Program-made: the position numbers and the translations under genes
The notes under the pieces: generated by a model
Database searches by the model: none
Told to the model about the DNA's origin: nothing
Seen by the model: only the letters and a program-made list of their open reading frames with translations
DNA from: Candidatus Bathyarchaeota archaeon RBG_16_48_13
GTDB taxonomy: Archaea; Thermoproteota; Bathyarchaeia; RBG-16-48-13
DNA: 64,000 nucleotides
Assembly: GCA_001775995.1 (NCBI GenBank)
Contig: MEZH01000007.1
Location: 43,451 to 107,450, forward strand
Direction: 5' to 3'
Shown here: in pieces, positions 18,618 through 28,674 of the stretch
Position numbering within the stretch: position 1 is the first letter of the stretch
Layout of the letters: every line of letters starts with the position of its first letter

Positions 18618-18864
18618 CCAACACACGATTTCTTATGTTCTTTGCCAAATACAAATTTCCTGGGATAGATATGACCAAATGGGGTTGGCCCCCAAGGTCA
18701 GGCGAGCAGCTAGCGGCGGACCCCGAATGTTCGCGTTGCTGGCGCGGCCCTTCACAGAGCGATTCTTGGATCAAACAACGTTCACGAAGCTGACGCCCCG
18801 CGGTGATCCCCTTTGTGAGTGGTTCGATGAAATCGAAGAGTAGCACCTCGTTTCAAAGTACAAT

Positions 18865-20073
18865 ATGTTAATAAACGCAAATAGGTCAACATCCATCACG
18901 CTTACATCCAATTGGATATATGTGGCGAAACTAGGAAAGGTGAAATACTTGGATATTAGCAGAGCCCGACAGCTTTTTCCGATGCTCAGAACACATGTTT
19001 ACCTAAACAATGCCTCCACTTCACCCTGCCCAACTCCCGTGAGAAGCGCTATGGCTGAGGCCATGGAAAAGTGGACCACGGACGCTCATGTATATGAGTC
19101 TTGGATGGACAACTTGCAAGAGACCAAAGCACTTTTCTCTGAATTGATCGGCGCGAAGAAAGAGGAGATAGCGGGCATCACCAATACATCCACCGGATTG
19201 AGCATCGTGGCCAACATGTTACCCTACAAAAAGGGATCAAATGTGGTCATAAACGACATGGAATTTCCAGCCAACACCTATCCATGGCTCAACCTCAAGA
19301 GAAGGGGCGTCGAGGTCCGGGTCGTCAAGAACGTCGGAGGAAGGATACGGCTCAAAGATCTGGAGGAGGCTGTGGACGACCACACGGCAGCGCTATCAAT
19401 AAGCCACGTGGAGTTCTCCAATGGCTTCCGCAACGATCTCAAGGCCATCTCGGAGATAGTGCATCGGCACGGCGCGACATTTGTGGTCGATGCGATCCAA
19501 TCTGCCGGAGCCCTGGAAATCGACGTGAGGCGGCAGGGAGTTGACTTCCTAGCGACATCCTTCCACAAGTGGCTTTTGGGCCCGGAAGGGACTGGCTTCC
19601 TCTACGTTAGGGAGGAGCTGATCGACGAGTTCGATCCTTGGGCGACAGGTTGGCTCGCAGTGGAGAACCCTGAAGACTTCGATAGCATGAACCTCAACTT
19701 CTCCAAAACAGCCCAGAAGTTCGAAACAGGTACTCATAACCTCTTGGGCTATGTGGGCGCAAAGGCCGCACTAGAGATATTTCACGATATCGGGATGAGC
19801 GACGTGGAGAGGCGCATCCTGGATCTATCAGGAAGACTTCTGGAAGAACTCGAGGGATTGAAAGTGGATATTGTAACCACGAAGGAGGAGAGGTATCGTT
19901 CTGGGATAGTCAACTTCAAGGTACCAGAAGTGGACAGAGTCCTGGAGGGGTTGGCGAGGAGAAACATAGTGGTTTCCAAGAGGACAGGAGGGATAAGAGT
20001 CTCCCCCCACTTCTTCAACGTCGAGGACGAATTGCAGCAGCTATGTCGAGCGGTCAAGGAGCTCTCTGAATAG
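18865..20073 (+). CDS. class V aminotransferase (cysteine desulfurase/selenocysteine lyase-like), PLP lysine present
   Basis: ..RQLFPML..VYLNNAS.., FVVDAIQSAG, ATSFHKWLLGPEGTGFLYV. The true start is probably an internal GTG or TTG near 18940-18955. Confidence 0.7.
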   Translation: MLINANRSTSITLTSNWIYVAKLGKVKYLDISRARQLFPMLRTHVYLNNASTSPCPTPVRSAMAEAMEKWTTDAHVYESWMDNLQETKALFSELIGAKKEEIAGITNTSTGLSIVANMLPYKKGSNVVINDMEFPANTYPWLNLKRRGVEVRVVKNVGGRIRLKDLEEAVDDHTAALSISHVEFSNGFRNDLKAISEIVHRHGATFVVDAIQSAGALEIDVRRQGVDFLATSFHKWLLGPEGTGFLYVREELIDEFDPWATGWLAVENPEDFDSMNLNFSKTAQKFETGTHNLLGYVGAKAALEIFHDIGMSDVERRILDLSGRLLEELEGLKVDIVTTKEERYRSGIVNFKVPEVDRVLEGLARRNIVVSKRTGGIRVSPHFFNVEDELQQLCRAVKELSE

Positions 20074-20109
20074 CCACCAATCTCATTCAGGCTGGAAAAC
20101 GGAGAGACC

Positions 20110-21282
20110 TCAGTTCAGAAGATCAAGCGCGGAAAGAGCCATGACTTTGGCGGCTGTGATCACCTGGTCCAATTCAATGTATTCGTTTGCAACGTGATCA
20201 ATTTTCTCGTCACCCGGGCCATACATCAGTGCTGGAATTCCATAGGAGAGATAGGATTTCGCGACGGTGGCTCCGCCAATTCCGATAAGTTTCGGCTCCT
20301 TCCCAAGGACAGACCTTACGGCACCGGAAACGACCTTCACAAAACCATTATCCGAGGAGACCTCGGTCGGAATCTGAGACGAGACTTTCTCGACGACAAC
20401 ATCTATCTTCGGGTCTTGCTTCCTCAGGGATTCGATGAAGGCATTTAGCTCTTTCATGATGCCCTCTGGGGTCTGGCTCGGAAGATATCTTATATCTAAT
20501 ATAGCCTCCGCCTCTCCAGCCACCACGTTCGGGGCTATTCCTCCCTTTATGGTACCTATATTGATGGTGGGTCCACTCAGCAGCGGATGAGGAGAGTAGC
20601 TCATTTTGAATTCGCCTATGGCGCTCAGGACCTTGGAGAGCTTCTGGATTGCATTTACCCCCAGATTGGGCATGCTACCGTGTGCCTGAACCCCTCTGCA
20701 CCTAAGCTTTAGCCAAAGGGTCCCCTTCTCCGCTATCTCCAGAGATTCGGAGAGAGTCTGTTCAGCGACCATGGCGAAGTCCGGTCTCAGCCCCACCACC
20801 TTCAAGAGATAGTCGACACCATAGGTGCTGCCCTTCTCCTCGTCTGCAGCAGCTATGATCATCAGCTTTCCCTTCAGCTTCGCCTTGGTTTCCTTCAGGG
20901 CCTTCAGGGCGAGTACGGCCGAGACAAGAGGCCCCTTATCGTCGGCTGCGCCTCGACCGTAGACTCGGCCATCCTTAAGCGTGGCCTTGAAGGGCGGAAA
21001 AGTCCATCCATCCCCAGCAGGGACGGTGTCGGAATGGCAGACTATCGCGAAAACGGGTCGGTTTTTTTCGCCGATGCTGCAGGATATGTTGGTCCTACCC
21101 TTGGCTTTCTCATAGCTCGAAGATTTTAAGCCCAGTTCCTCGAATTCCTCTGAGAGGACCTGGGCGACATTGTGCTCATTGCCGGGCGGATTTACAGAGT
21201 CAACCTCTATTAGGCGCCCTAGGAGCCGGAAAGCTTCGTCTCGATATCTATCTATAATCCCGAAAATCCCTTTGCTGGACAT
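20110..21282 (-). CDS. M20-family metallopeptidase (ArgE/DapE-like deacylase)
   Basis: 390 aa. VCHSDTVP, GRGAADDKG, AADEEKGS, with a dimerisation insert. Confidence 0.8.
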   Translation of the reverse strand: MSSKGIFGIIDRYRDEAFRLLGRLIEVDSVNPPGNEHNVAQVLSEEFEELGLKSSSYEKAKGRTNISCSIGEKNRPVFAIVCHSDTVPAGDGWTFPPFKATLKDGRVYGRGAADDKGPLVSAVLALKALKETKAKLKGKLMIIAAADEEKGSTYGVDYLLKVVGLRPDFAMVAEQTLSESLEIAEKGTLWLKLRCRGVQAHGSMPNLGVNAIQKLSKVLSAIGEFKMSYSPHPLLSGPTINIGTIKGGIAPNVVAGEAEAILDIRYLPSQTPEGIMKELNAFIESLRKQDPKIDVVVEKVSSQIPTEVSSDNGFVKVVSGAVRSVLGKEPKLIGIGGATVAKSYLSYGIPALMYGPGDEKIDHVANEYIELDQVITAAKVMALSALDLLN

Positions 21283-21487
21283 TCCACAACACTCTGCATG
21301 GTTTTGACCTGCAAGCTCTGTTGACCAAGTCTGAGTTTTATAAGGTTAGTGCCGATCCGCCTCATTTGCCATCCCGATGGGGTTCAGCTGTTTTAGCTGA
21401 AGTCCCTCTGATCGCATAGTGCTAATTGACTTGATTTCAGCTGCAGATAGACAAATAATGTGAGTCACTGAATATGATATTGTTCAA

Positions 21488-22309
21488 GTGGGTTGGATCT
21501 TCATGTCTGGCAAGCTTTCTTTGGATTTTGATATGCCTAAATCCATAGCGATGGGTGAAGAATTCGTAAGGGAACATGTCAAGAGTGCGGCAGTGGACGG
21601 AGTTGCCATTGGATTAAGCGGTGGCCTAGACTCGTCATTGCTCGCTGCCTTGTGCGTCAGGGCGGTGGGACCCAACAAAGTACACGGATTCATAATGCCT
21701 GTTCGTGGCATCACGCCTTCAGGCGATGTTCGGGACGCAAGGGAATTGTCCAGACTCCTCGGAATAGAACATGCTTACGTGGAGATCGGGAAGATCGTCA
21801 AGGCTTTCATGGAGGCCAACCCCCTCAAGGATACTAATGTCGGCATAGCTCGCGGAAATGTCATGGCTAGAACCCGAATGACCCTCCTCTACTACGTCGC
21901 CAACCTCAAAAACCTTCTTGTGGCGGGCAGCGGTGACCGTAGCGAGATCCTCATAGGCTACTTCACGAAATATGGCGACGGGGGGGCAGACATCTTCCCC
22001 CTGGGCAACCTGTACAAGACGCAGGTTCGGGAATTGGCAAAGTACCTAGAGTTGCCGTCATCCATAGTCAACAAGCCGAGCAGCCCAAGGTTTTGGAAAG
22101 GCCATATTGCGGAGAACGAGATAGGTCTAGGGTACGGGAAGGTGGATTTGATCCTCCATGGCCTTCTAGACCTTAACCTCCAACCAAAAGATGTCGCTTC
22201 GAAGGCAGATGTCTCGTTGGACGACATCGTGAAGGTATTGAAGATGGTTCAGCACTCAGAGCACAAACGGATGATGCCTCCTCTCCCACCTCCCATAACG
22301 TTGATGTAG
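21488..22309 (+). CDS. nadE: NH3-dependent NAD+ synthetase
   Basis: PP-loop GLSGGLDSS, GNVMARTRM, TKYGDGGADIFPLGNLYKTQV. The start is probably the ATG at 21503. Confidence 0.85.
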   Translation: MGWIFMSGKLSLDFDMPKSIAMGEEFVREHVKSAAVDGVAIGLSGGLDSSLLAALCVRAVGPNKVHGFIMPVRGITPSGDVRDARELSRLLGIEHAYVEIGKIVKAFMEANPLKDTNVGIARGNVMARTRMTLLYYVANLKNLLVAGSGDRSEILIGYFTKYGDGGADIFPLGNLYKTQVRELAKYLELPSSIVNKPSSPRFWKGHIAENEIGLGYGKVDLILHGLLDLNLQPKDVASKADVSLDDIVKVLKMVQHSEHKRMMPPLPPPITLM

Positions 22310-22345
22310 GAGCAAAAACAGCCCAAGATTGGTGTTGCGAACCCT

Positions 22346-22600
22346 TTGGTCAATGTCGTCGCCAGGAAGGGAATCGCGACTGACATGGAACTGTACGAGG
22401 AGATCTGCGATAGTCCCGGTCTTTCATGTTACGAGCTCGCCAAGAAAACGGGCTGGTTGGTAGGGGGATCTGGACCCTTTCAAGAGGCTGGCGAGGGTCA
22501 GCTAATAACGGTGGAGAAGATCCGGGAAGGGCCAAAGAGGTTGGTTTATCCCATGAACTGGACCGAGCTGGGCGAGGGTAAGCCCAAGAAGAAGTGCTGA
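22346..22600 (+). CDS. small winged-helix-like protein (hypothetical)
   Basis: 84 aa. ..LYEEICDSPGLSCYELAKKTGW.. resembles an HTH, but the recognition-helix region is atypical. Confidence 0.3.
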   Translation: MVNVVARKGIATDMELYEEICDSPGLSCYELAKKTGWLVGGSGPFQEAGEGQLITVEKIREGPKRLVYPMNWTELGEGKPKKKC

Positions 22601-22661
22601 CTAGACTAGATGGGGCATTTAAATAATCACTTGCCCTAAACTGGAATGGAGGGGTCATGAT

Positions 22662-23723
22662 TTGGATTTTGAGAAGGTCAAGTTCGGCGTGCTTTTGAGT
22701 CCCATGGCAATCAATAGAATGATAGAAGACACAATCCTCTGTGAGAAGTATGGGTACGATTCAGTCTGGTGGATCGACCATCTCATCAGCTACTTCCCCG
22801 AACATATTGTCCCTGAGCTCTTCACGACGATGGCCCTAATGGGCGACCAGACACGGAGGATAGCAATAGGTTCCTGCGTCGCGGACGTCCTGAGGAGACA
22901 CCCCGCTTCCATAGCCGCATCGGTAGCGACGATTGATAGCATGTTCAACGGTCGCACAATACTTGGTCTTGGCGCCGGTGAGGCCATGAACCTCGAACCC
23001 TTTGGAATACCGACCGACAACCTCTACGGAAAATTGAGGGAGGCCATACTGGTCATTAGGCTGCTTTGGGCTTCAAGCAAGTTGAAACCGGCCAACTTCA
23101 AAGGAAAATTTTTCAAGCTAACCAAGGCATATGTCCAGATTCAGCCAAAGACGAAACCGAGCCCGCCCATATGGGTCGGTGCCTTCGGGCCAAAGATGCT
23201 CGAGATGACGGGTGAACTGGCCGACGGTTGGTTACCATTCTCCCACTCCCCAGAATCCTATAAGGCATGCATGGATGGTCCCATAAGGAAGGGCGCCGAG
23301 AAGGCGAAGAGAACCCTAGCAAGATTCGTCCCTGCCATGAAACCCATAGCGACCGTGGCGAAGGACCTGGAGGAGGCTAGGAATACCGTTCTGCCCCAGG
23401 CCAAGTACGTGTTGATGATACTACCAGACGTCCTGAAGATGGTCGCCCCTCATGTCTCTCACCCTGGGAGAGAAGCCCTCTCAGTGTCCAGGGAACCCAC
23501 TGACGACGAATCAACCAGCAAGATAGCGCAGATGTCTAAGGCCATCCCGGACGAGTCAGCTCTCAAGACAGTCATCTGGGGAAACCCAGATCAATGCATA
23601 GGACAGATAGAGGCATTCATCAAGGCGGGCTGTCAACACTTTGTTTTGGACTTCAGAGGTCCAGACGTGCAGCAGATTATTTCGACCTACGCAAAGAGAG
23701 TCATACCCTACTTCAGAAAATAG
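22662..23723 (+). CDS. LLM-class F420-dependent oxidoreductase
   Basis: 353 aa. The TTG start lies 7 nt after GGAGGGG. GYDSVWWIDHL, RIAIGSCVADVLRRHPA, GRTILGLGAGE, PPIWVGAFGPKMLEMTGELADGWL. Confidence 0.75.
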   Translation: MDFEKVKFGVLLSPMAINRMIEDTILCEKYGYDSVWWIDHLISYFPEHIVPELFTTMALMGDQTRRIAIGSCVADVLRRHPASIAASVATIDSMFNGRTILGLGAGEAMNLEPFGIPTDNLYGKLREAILVIRLLWASSKLKPANFKGKFFKLTKAYVQIQPKTKPSPPIWVGAFGPKMLEMTGELADGWLPFSHSPESYKACMDGPIRKGAEKAKRTLARFVPAMKPIATVAKDLEEARNTVLPQAKYVLMILPDVLKMVAPHVSHPGREALSVSREPTDDESTSKIAQMSKAIPDESALKTVIWGNPDQCIGQIEAFIKAGCQHFVLDFRGPDVQQIISTYAKRVIPYFRK

Positions 23724-23767
23724 AACTGAACGCCTGAGACCGCTAGTAAGAAAAAGCTTCGGGGAAC

Positions 23768-25219
23768 CTAAGTTATGGTTCTCACAAGATGCTTTTCTCT
23801 GTCATAAATGTTGATTACCAAGGCGTTTCTTCCATCTATCAGGTGAGTGGCGCAGGCGAAGCAGGGGTCGTAGGCCCTGAAGGCCATTTCAACCATATTC
23901 AATAAGCCGTCGTCGACCATCCCATTCTTTATGAGACCTGAAGCCGCTGTCTTCACGGAGGTGCAGATGGCGGGGTAGTTGTTCGTCGTGGCGACAATAA
24001 GGTTCACGTCCTTTATCAATCCTTCTTCATCAAGTTTGTAGTGATGTATCAGAGTTCCTCGAGCCGCCTCGACCACCCCCACGCCCTCTCCAGACTTGGT
24101 CGGGAATCTCCTTATGTCTGTGCTGGTTATTTCAGGGTCCCTACTCAGTTCGAGGGTTCTCTCCGCCGCGTAGAGGAGCTCCACGAGCCGGGCCCAGTGG
24201 TAAGCTAAGGTCGAGTGCAGAGGCTTGCCGCCGAGGGTCTCGTACATTCGCAGGTATTCCTGCTGGGCTAGGGGAGTTGCCATGCTTTCCGAGGCGTTGA
24301 GCCTCGCCAAGGGGCCGACCCTGTATATCCCGCTCTCCGATCCGTCAACGTAGCCTCTCCAGCCCACGTTCTTCAGGTACGGTAGCTTGGAGTATGTCCA
24401 CTCTTCAACTCTCTCCTCCACAACGTCGAAGTAGTCCCCTGGGTTGAACCTTAGATACTCCTTTCCGCTTTGATTGACAACTCTGATCTTCCCGTCATAA
24501 AAGTTGACCTTGTTCTTCTCGTCAACCATACCCATGTAGTAGGTCTCGAGGTTGTAGGCATTGCTCTTGATCAGCTTCATGAACTCCTCGTTTCCCAAGA
24601 CCACCTTCTCGAAGACCCCGAGGGAGAGTTTGGCGAATTCCACGCAAGACTCGGCCATCTCCTCTATCTCTTGCTGCTCCTTGTCGGTGATGGGTTTAGA
24701 CATGCCGCCGGGAAGGGCACATACGGGGTGAGTTGCTTTCCCTCCGATTATGGCGGTGATCTTCTGGCCGTAAGCCCTGTGCTTAATGACATCTTTCCCG
24801 ATTTCCAGGCCAAGCTTGTTGATAACGCCTATCACGTTTCTATCGGAGGCTGGCGCCTTCGGTCCTACGATGAAGTCGGGGCCGCCTAAGAAGTAGAAGT
24901 GGAGTATGTGATCGTAGATATAGTAGGCGTTGAACATGAGCTCCCGGAGCCTCTTGGCTGCTGGTGGAGCCTCGACCCCGAAGGCTTGATCAAGAGCCTT
25001 TGCCGAGGCCATGTGGTGCGCCACGGGGCACACCCCACATATCCGTGTGGTTAGCTGGGGCATCTCCTCTGCCTTTCTCCCTATGCAGAATTTCTCGAAG
25101 CCCCGGAGTTCAGGTACTTGGAGGTAGGCGTTCTGGACGTTTCCAGCATCGTCGAGGAAGATCTCTATCTTTCCATGACCTTCCAACCTTGTCACTGGAT
25201 CTATAGTGATTTTCTTCAT
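23768..25219 (-). CDS. mvhA: [NiFe] hydrogenase large subunit, F420-non-reducing (Mvh/Vhu-type)
   Basis: RLEGHGKIEI, RICGVCPVAHH (N-terminal Ni ligands), DPCFACATH (C-terminal ligands) followed by a 24-aa cleavable tail. Confidence 0.9.
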   Translation of the reverse strand: MKKITIDPVTRLEGHGKIEIFLDDAGNVQNAYLQVPELRGFEKFCIGRKAEEMPQLTTRICGVCPVAHHMASAKALDQAFGVEAPPAAKRLRELMFNAYYIYDHILHFYFLGGPDFIVGPKAPASDRNVIGVINKLGLEIGKDVIKHRAYGQKITAIIGGKATHPVCALPGGMSKPITDKEQQEIEEMAESCVEFAKLSLGVFEKVVLGNEEFMKLIKSNAYNLETYYMGMVDEKNKVNFYDGKIRVVNQSGKEYLRFNPGDYFDVVEERVEEWTYSKLPYLKNVGWRGYVDGSESGIYRVGPLARLNASESMATPLAQQEYLRMYETLGGKPLHSTLAYHWARLVELLYAAERTLELSRDPEITSTDIRRFPTKSGEGVGVVEAARGTLIHHYKLDEEGLIKDVNLIVATTNNYPAICTSVKTAASGLIKNGMVDDGLLNMVEMAFRAYDPCFACATHLIDGRNALVINIYDREKHLVRTIT

Positions 25220-26187
25220 TACTTGACTCTCCTATTTATGATGGAAGAAGGCAAAGTGTACTTATAGAAGGTGCCAACGGGGTCCTTGATCTCGCCAACA
25301 AGCTGATCCATGTCATTCTCGGATTTTTCTTTCTCATTCTCTATCCCGAGGATGGAAGAGAGGGCGCCGATCATGGCCGCCCCTTGGTCCGAGGCGCCTG
25401 GTATTGGCCCCATACAACCTGTGCAGGGCATGTTAGCGTCTAGACACGGCTCGCCGCATCCTGATCGTGTTGCCGGACCCATGCAGATGATCCCTTGGTC
25501 TAGGAAACACTTCTTCGGGTCGAGTGCTGTTTCGTGGAAGCGTTTCACTTTTGCGATTTTCTTGTTTCCCTTTTCTCTCTTGCAGCTCTCACAAAGGGAG
25601 ATCTCCGGTGCAAGAACTGAACCCTTCTTCGGATTTGTTCCCGAAGAAAAGGATTGAAGAACCTTGGCTATCAAGTCAACTGGAGGCGGGCAGCCGGGCA
25701 AGTAGAAATCTACATTCACCACTTGATCTAAGGTCTTGACGGTATCGTAAAACTCAGGCAAGGTAAGCTCGCCCTCCTTAGCTTCGGAGCAAGTCCTAGG
25801 AATCACACCAGGGAGGTTTTTGGTGGAGACACTTTCCCGGTAGACTTTCTCGAACACTGTCCTCCTATTGTGCAGGTTAGCCAATCCCGGAACTCCGCCG
25901 CCACAGGCGCAAGAACCGAAGGAGATTAGAATTCTCGATTTCTTCCTAAGCAGCTTGGCTAAGAGTTCATTTTCCCCATTTCTTATGGAGCCGTTAAAGA
26001 AGCAGATATCGACGCTCTTGTCGCCCATTGCCTTTATATCTTTGTATTTGATGTCCATGACCACAGGCCAGAACACTATGTCAGCGACCTTCAACGTGTC
26101 TAGGATCTTCTCGTTGACATCGAGGACTGCCACTTCGCAGCCTCCACAGGTCGAAGCCCAGTAGAAGCCAATCTTCAATTTACTCAT
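25219..26187 (-). CDS. mvhG: [NiFe] hydrogenase small subunit (Mvh-type)
   Basis: MSKLKIGFYWASTCGGCEVAVLD plus multiple Cys clusters. The ATG at 26187 lies 7 nt after GGGAGGC. The ORF track starts at 26202. Confidence 0.85.
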   Translation of the reverse strand: MSKLKIGFYWASTCGGCEVAVLDVNEKILDTLKVADIVFWPVVMDIKYKDIKAMGDKSVDICFFNGSIRNGENELLAKLLRKKSRILISFGSCACGGGVPGLANLHNRRTVFEKVYRESVSTKNLPGVIPRTCSEAKEGELTLPEFYDTVKTLDQVVNVDFYLPGCPPPVDLIAKVLQSFSSGTNPKKGSVLAPEISLCESCKREKGNKKIAKVKRFHETALDPKKCFLDQGIICMGPATRSGCGEPCLDANMPCTGCMGPIPGASDQGAAMIGALSSILGIENEKEKSENDMDQLVGEIKDPVGTFYKYTLPSSIINRRVK

Positions 26188-26201
26188 CAATGTGCCTCCC
26201 A

Positions 26202-26699
26202 TTATGCCTGTGAAGTAGAAGTGACCCGGGACGCTACCCTTTCAAGCTCTCTTAAGGAGGACCCAGCGAATTCTCCTCCCGTCTTCGTCAGCGGGTTGGG
26301 CCCAAGCCTCTTTATCTCGTCCGTCATCTCCTTTACGACATCAGCGAATCTCGCACCTTCCGAAGCCGAGACCCATTCAACCCTGAGCCGCTGGGGCTCG
26401 AAACCCAACTGTTGTAGGAGCTTCCTCAGGGCAGCGATCCTCCTATAGGTCTTGAAGTTGCCCGAGACATAATGACAGTCGGAAGGCAAGTGACAGCCCG
26501 CCACCAGCACCCCATCCGCTCCGCTCTTGAAGGCCTCAAGCACGAAAGCTGGGTCAATTCTCCCGCTACACATGACCCTTATTATTCTGAGGTTCGGCGG
26601 GTATTGCATACGGCTTATTCCAGCTAGATCCGCGCCCGCGTAGGAACACCAGTTGCATAAGAATCCCAAGATTTTCGGCTGAAATTCGTCTACGGCCAT
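26202..26699 (-). CDS. mvhD: methyl-viologen-reducing hydrogenase delta subunit
   Basis: KILGFLCNWCSYAGADLAG..VMCSGRIDP..GADGVLVAGC. Confidence 0.85.
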   Translation of the reverse strand: MAVDEFQPKILGFLCNWCSYAGADLAGISRMQYPPNLRIIRVMCSGRIDPAFVLEAFKSGADGVLVAGCHLPSDCHYVSGNFKTYRRIAALRKLLQQLGFEPQRLRVEWVSASEGARFADVVKEMTDEIKRLGPNPLTKTGGEFAGSSLRELERVASRVTSTSQA

Positions 26700-26700
26700 T

Positions 26701-28674
26701 TCAATCCCTCAGAACTGCTTTGACCTGAGCTAGGATGGCATCATCTGTGAAGTGGCACATCTTGATTGACTTGGTAGGGCAAGCTGATCCGCAGACGCCA
26801 CATCCCTTGCACAAGACTTCAATGACGCTCGACACCTGTTTGCCTGACTTCTCTTTCATCTTTATGGCGCCGTACTCGCAGACGGATTCGCATATTCTGC
26901 ATCCGGAACATAGATCCTCATCGACGCTCGCTATGATCCCTTCTAACTCAACCTTGCCCATCGATAAAGGCACGGCGGCTCTGGAGGCCGCTGCGCCAGC
27001 CTGAGCCACAGCATCGGGTATATCCTTTGGGCCTTGAGCCGCACCGCCCAAGAAGACGCCATCGATGTTGGTCTCGACGGGTCTCAGCTTCGGGTGTGCT
27101 TCCAAGAAGAAGCCGTCAGGTCCCCTCGAAAGCTTCAGAATGCTTTGGAGCTCCGAAGTGTCGGCCCTGGGGATGACACCCGTGGCCAACACAGCCAGAT
27201 CGAACTCCCTCTCTGCGACTTCGCCCAGTAATGTATCTTCGAACCTTAGGACTAGATTCTTGTCATCGGGATTCTCCAGAATCTCGCCGACCCGACCTCT
27301 GATGAATCGCACACCTTCCTGCTGAACGCGTTCATAGAACTCCTCATAGCCTTTACCGAAGCACCTCATGTCTATGTAGAATATCGAGACCTCCGCACCA
27401 GGGAACTTCTCCTTGATCTGGTGCGCTTGCTTCAAGGAGGCCATGCAACAAACCCTTGAACAGTAGAGGTTGGCGTTCTTGTCTCTGGAACCAACGCATT
27501 GAACGAATGCGACACTTCGCGGCGCCTTGCCATCGGAAGGCCTCAACACTTTCCCGCTAGTAGGTCCTGAGGCGTTCACCAATCTCTCAAATTCCAACCC
27601 GTTTATTACATTTCGGTAGATTCCGTAACCGTACTCGGCTTTATGACCCGCGTCGTATAGGTCATAGCCAGTGGCGATGATTATCGCCCCCACCTCGAGC
27701 TCCACTTCCGCGGGCAGCTGACCGAAGTCTATTGCCCCTGAGGTGCAGAACTTCTCACAAGCCCTGCAGATGTTCTTCTTGAAGTAGAGGCAGTTTTCTC
27801 TGTCAATGGTGTACCTCAACGGGACGGCTTGAGGGAAAGGAACGTATATCGCCTTTCTAGTGCCCAGGCCCAGGTCGAACTCGCTGGGGACATTGACCGG
27901 GCACTTTTCAGCGCACAAGCCACACCCGGTGCACTTGGATTCATCAACGTATCTCGGCTTCTTCAAGACCCTGGCCTTGAAGTTGCCTATGTAACCATCT
28001 ATAGCCTTGACCTCAGAGTAGGCGAGCAAGCTGATGTTGGGGTGTCTAGAAATGTCCACCATCTTCGGCGTCAGGATGCATGCCGAGCAATCTAGAGTTG
28101 GAAAAGTCTTGTCGAGCTGAGCCATGTGGCCTCCAATGGATGGGGTCTTTTCCACTAGATGGACCTTGAAGCCTTGATCTGCAAGGTCCAAGGAAGACTG
28201 GATCCCAGCTATGCCGCCACCTATCACGAGGGCTGCAGGGGTCACTGGCACTTCACGCATCTGTAGGGGCTCGTCGAAGACTGATTTGGCCACGGCCGCA
28301 GCTACGAGGGCGATGGCCTTTACCGTGGCTTTTTCCGGCTCCTTCATGTGGACCCAGGAGCACTGTTCTCTTATGTTAGCCATCTCTACCAGATAGGGGT
28401 TTAAGCCGGCTTCTTGAGCGGCCTTTCTGAAAGTGGGCTCATGCATGCGGGGTGAACATGAGGCAACTATGACTCGGTTCAACTTCCTGTCTCGGATGTC
28501 CTGTTTTATCATCGCCTGGCCCGGCTCCGAACACATGTACTTGTAGTCCTTGGCAAGCACAACATTCGGCAGACCTGCAATTCGCTGGGCGACCTTCTCT
28601 ACGTCGACTGTACCCGCTATGTTGGTTCCACAGTGACAGATGTAGACGCCTATTCTCTCGTCAGCCATACTCAC
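26701..28674 (-). CDS. hdrA: heterodisulfide reductase subunit A
   Basis: 657 aa. IGVYICHCGTNIAG, the FAD motif VIGGGIAGIQSSLDLA, several CxxCxxCxxxCP ferredoxin motifs, and an inserted thioredoxin-like part. All positions are Cys and there is no in-frame TGA. Confidence 0.9.
   Translation of the reverse strand: MSMADERIGVYICHCGTNIAGTVDVEKVAQRIAGLPNVVLAKDYKYMCSEPGQAMIKQDIRDRKLNRVIVASCSPRMHEPTFRKAAQEAGLNPYLVEMANIREQCSWVHMKEPEKATVKAIALVAAAVAKSVFDEPLQMREVPVTPAALVIGGGIAGIQSSLDLADQGFKVHLVEKTPSIGGHMAQLDKTFPTLDCSACILTPKMVDISRHPNISLLAYSEVKAIDGYIGNFKARVLKKPRYVDESKCTGCGLCAEKCPVNVPSEFDLGLGTRKAIYVPFPQAVPLRYTIDRENCLYFKKNICRACEKFCTSGAIDFGQLPAEVELEVGAIIIATGYDLYDAGHKAEYGYGIYRNVINGLEFERLVNASGPTSGKVLRPSDGKAPRSVAFVQCVGSRDKNANLYCSRVCCMASLKQAHQIKEKFPGAEVSIFYIDMRCFGKGYEEFYERVQQEGVRFIRGRVGEILENPDDKNLVLRFEDTLLGEVAEREFDLAVLATGVIPRADTSELQSILKLSRGPDGFFLEAHPKLRPVETNIDGVFLGGAAQGPKDIPDAVAQAGAAASRAAVPLSMGKVELEGIIASVDEDLCSGCRICESVCEYGAIKMKEKSGKQVSSVIEVLCKGCGVCGSACPTKSIKMCHFTDDAILAQVKAVLRD

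Noticed and set aside
22346-22600. Frameshift repair of the small wHTH-like ORF
   Set aside because: I translated the alternative frames across 22450-22520 and none restores a better helix-turn-helix. It is left as a low-confidence hypothetical.
24470-24889. 139-aa plus-strand ORF inside mvhA, with similar shadows in hdrA/hdrB/mvhG
   Set aside because: These are shadows of strongly supported hydrogenase and Hdr genes.
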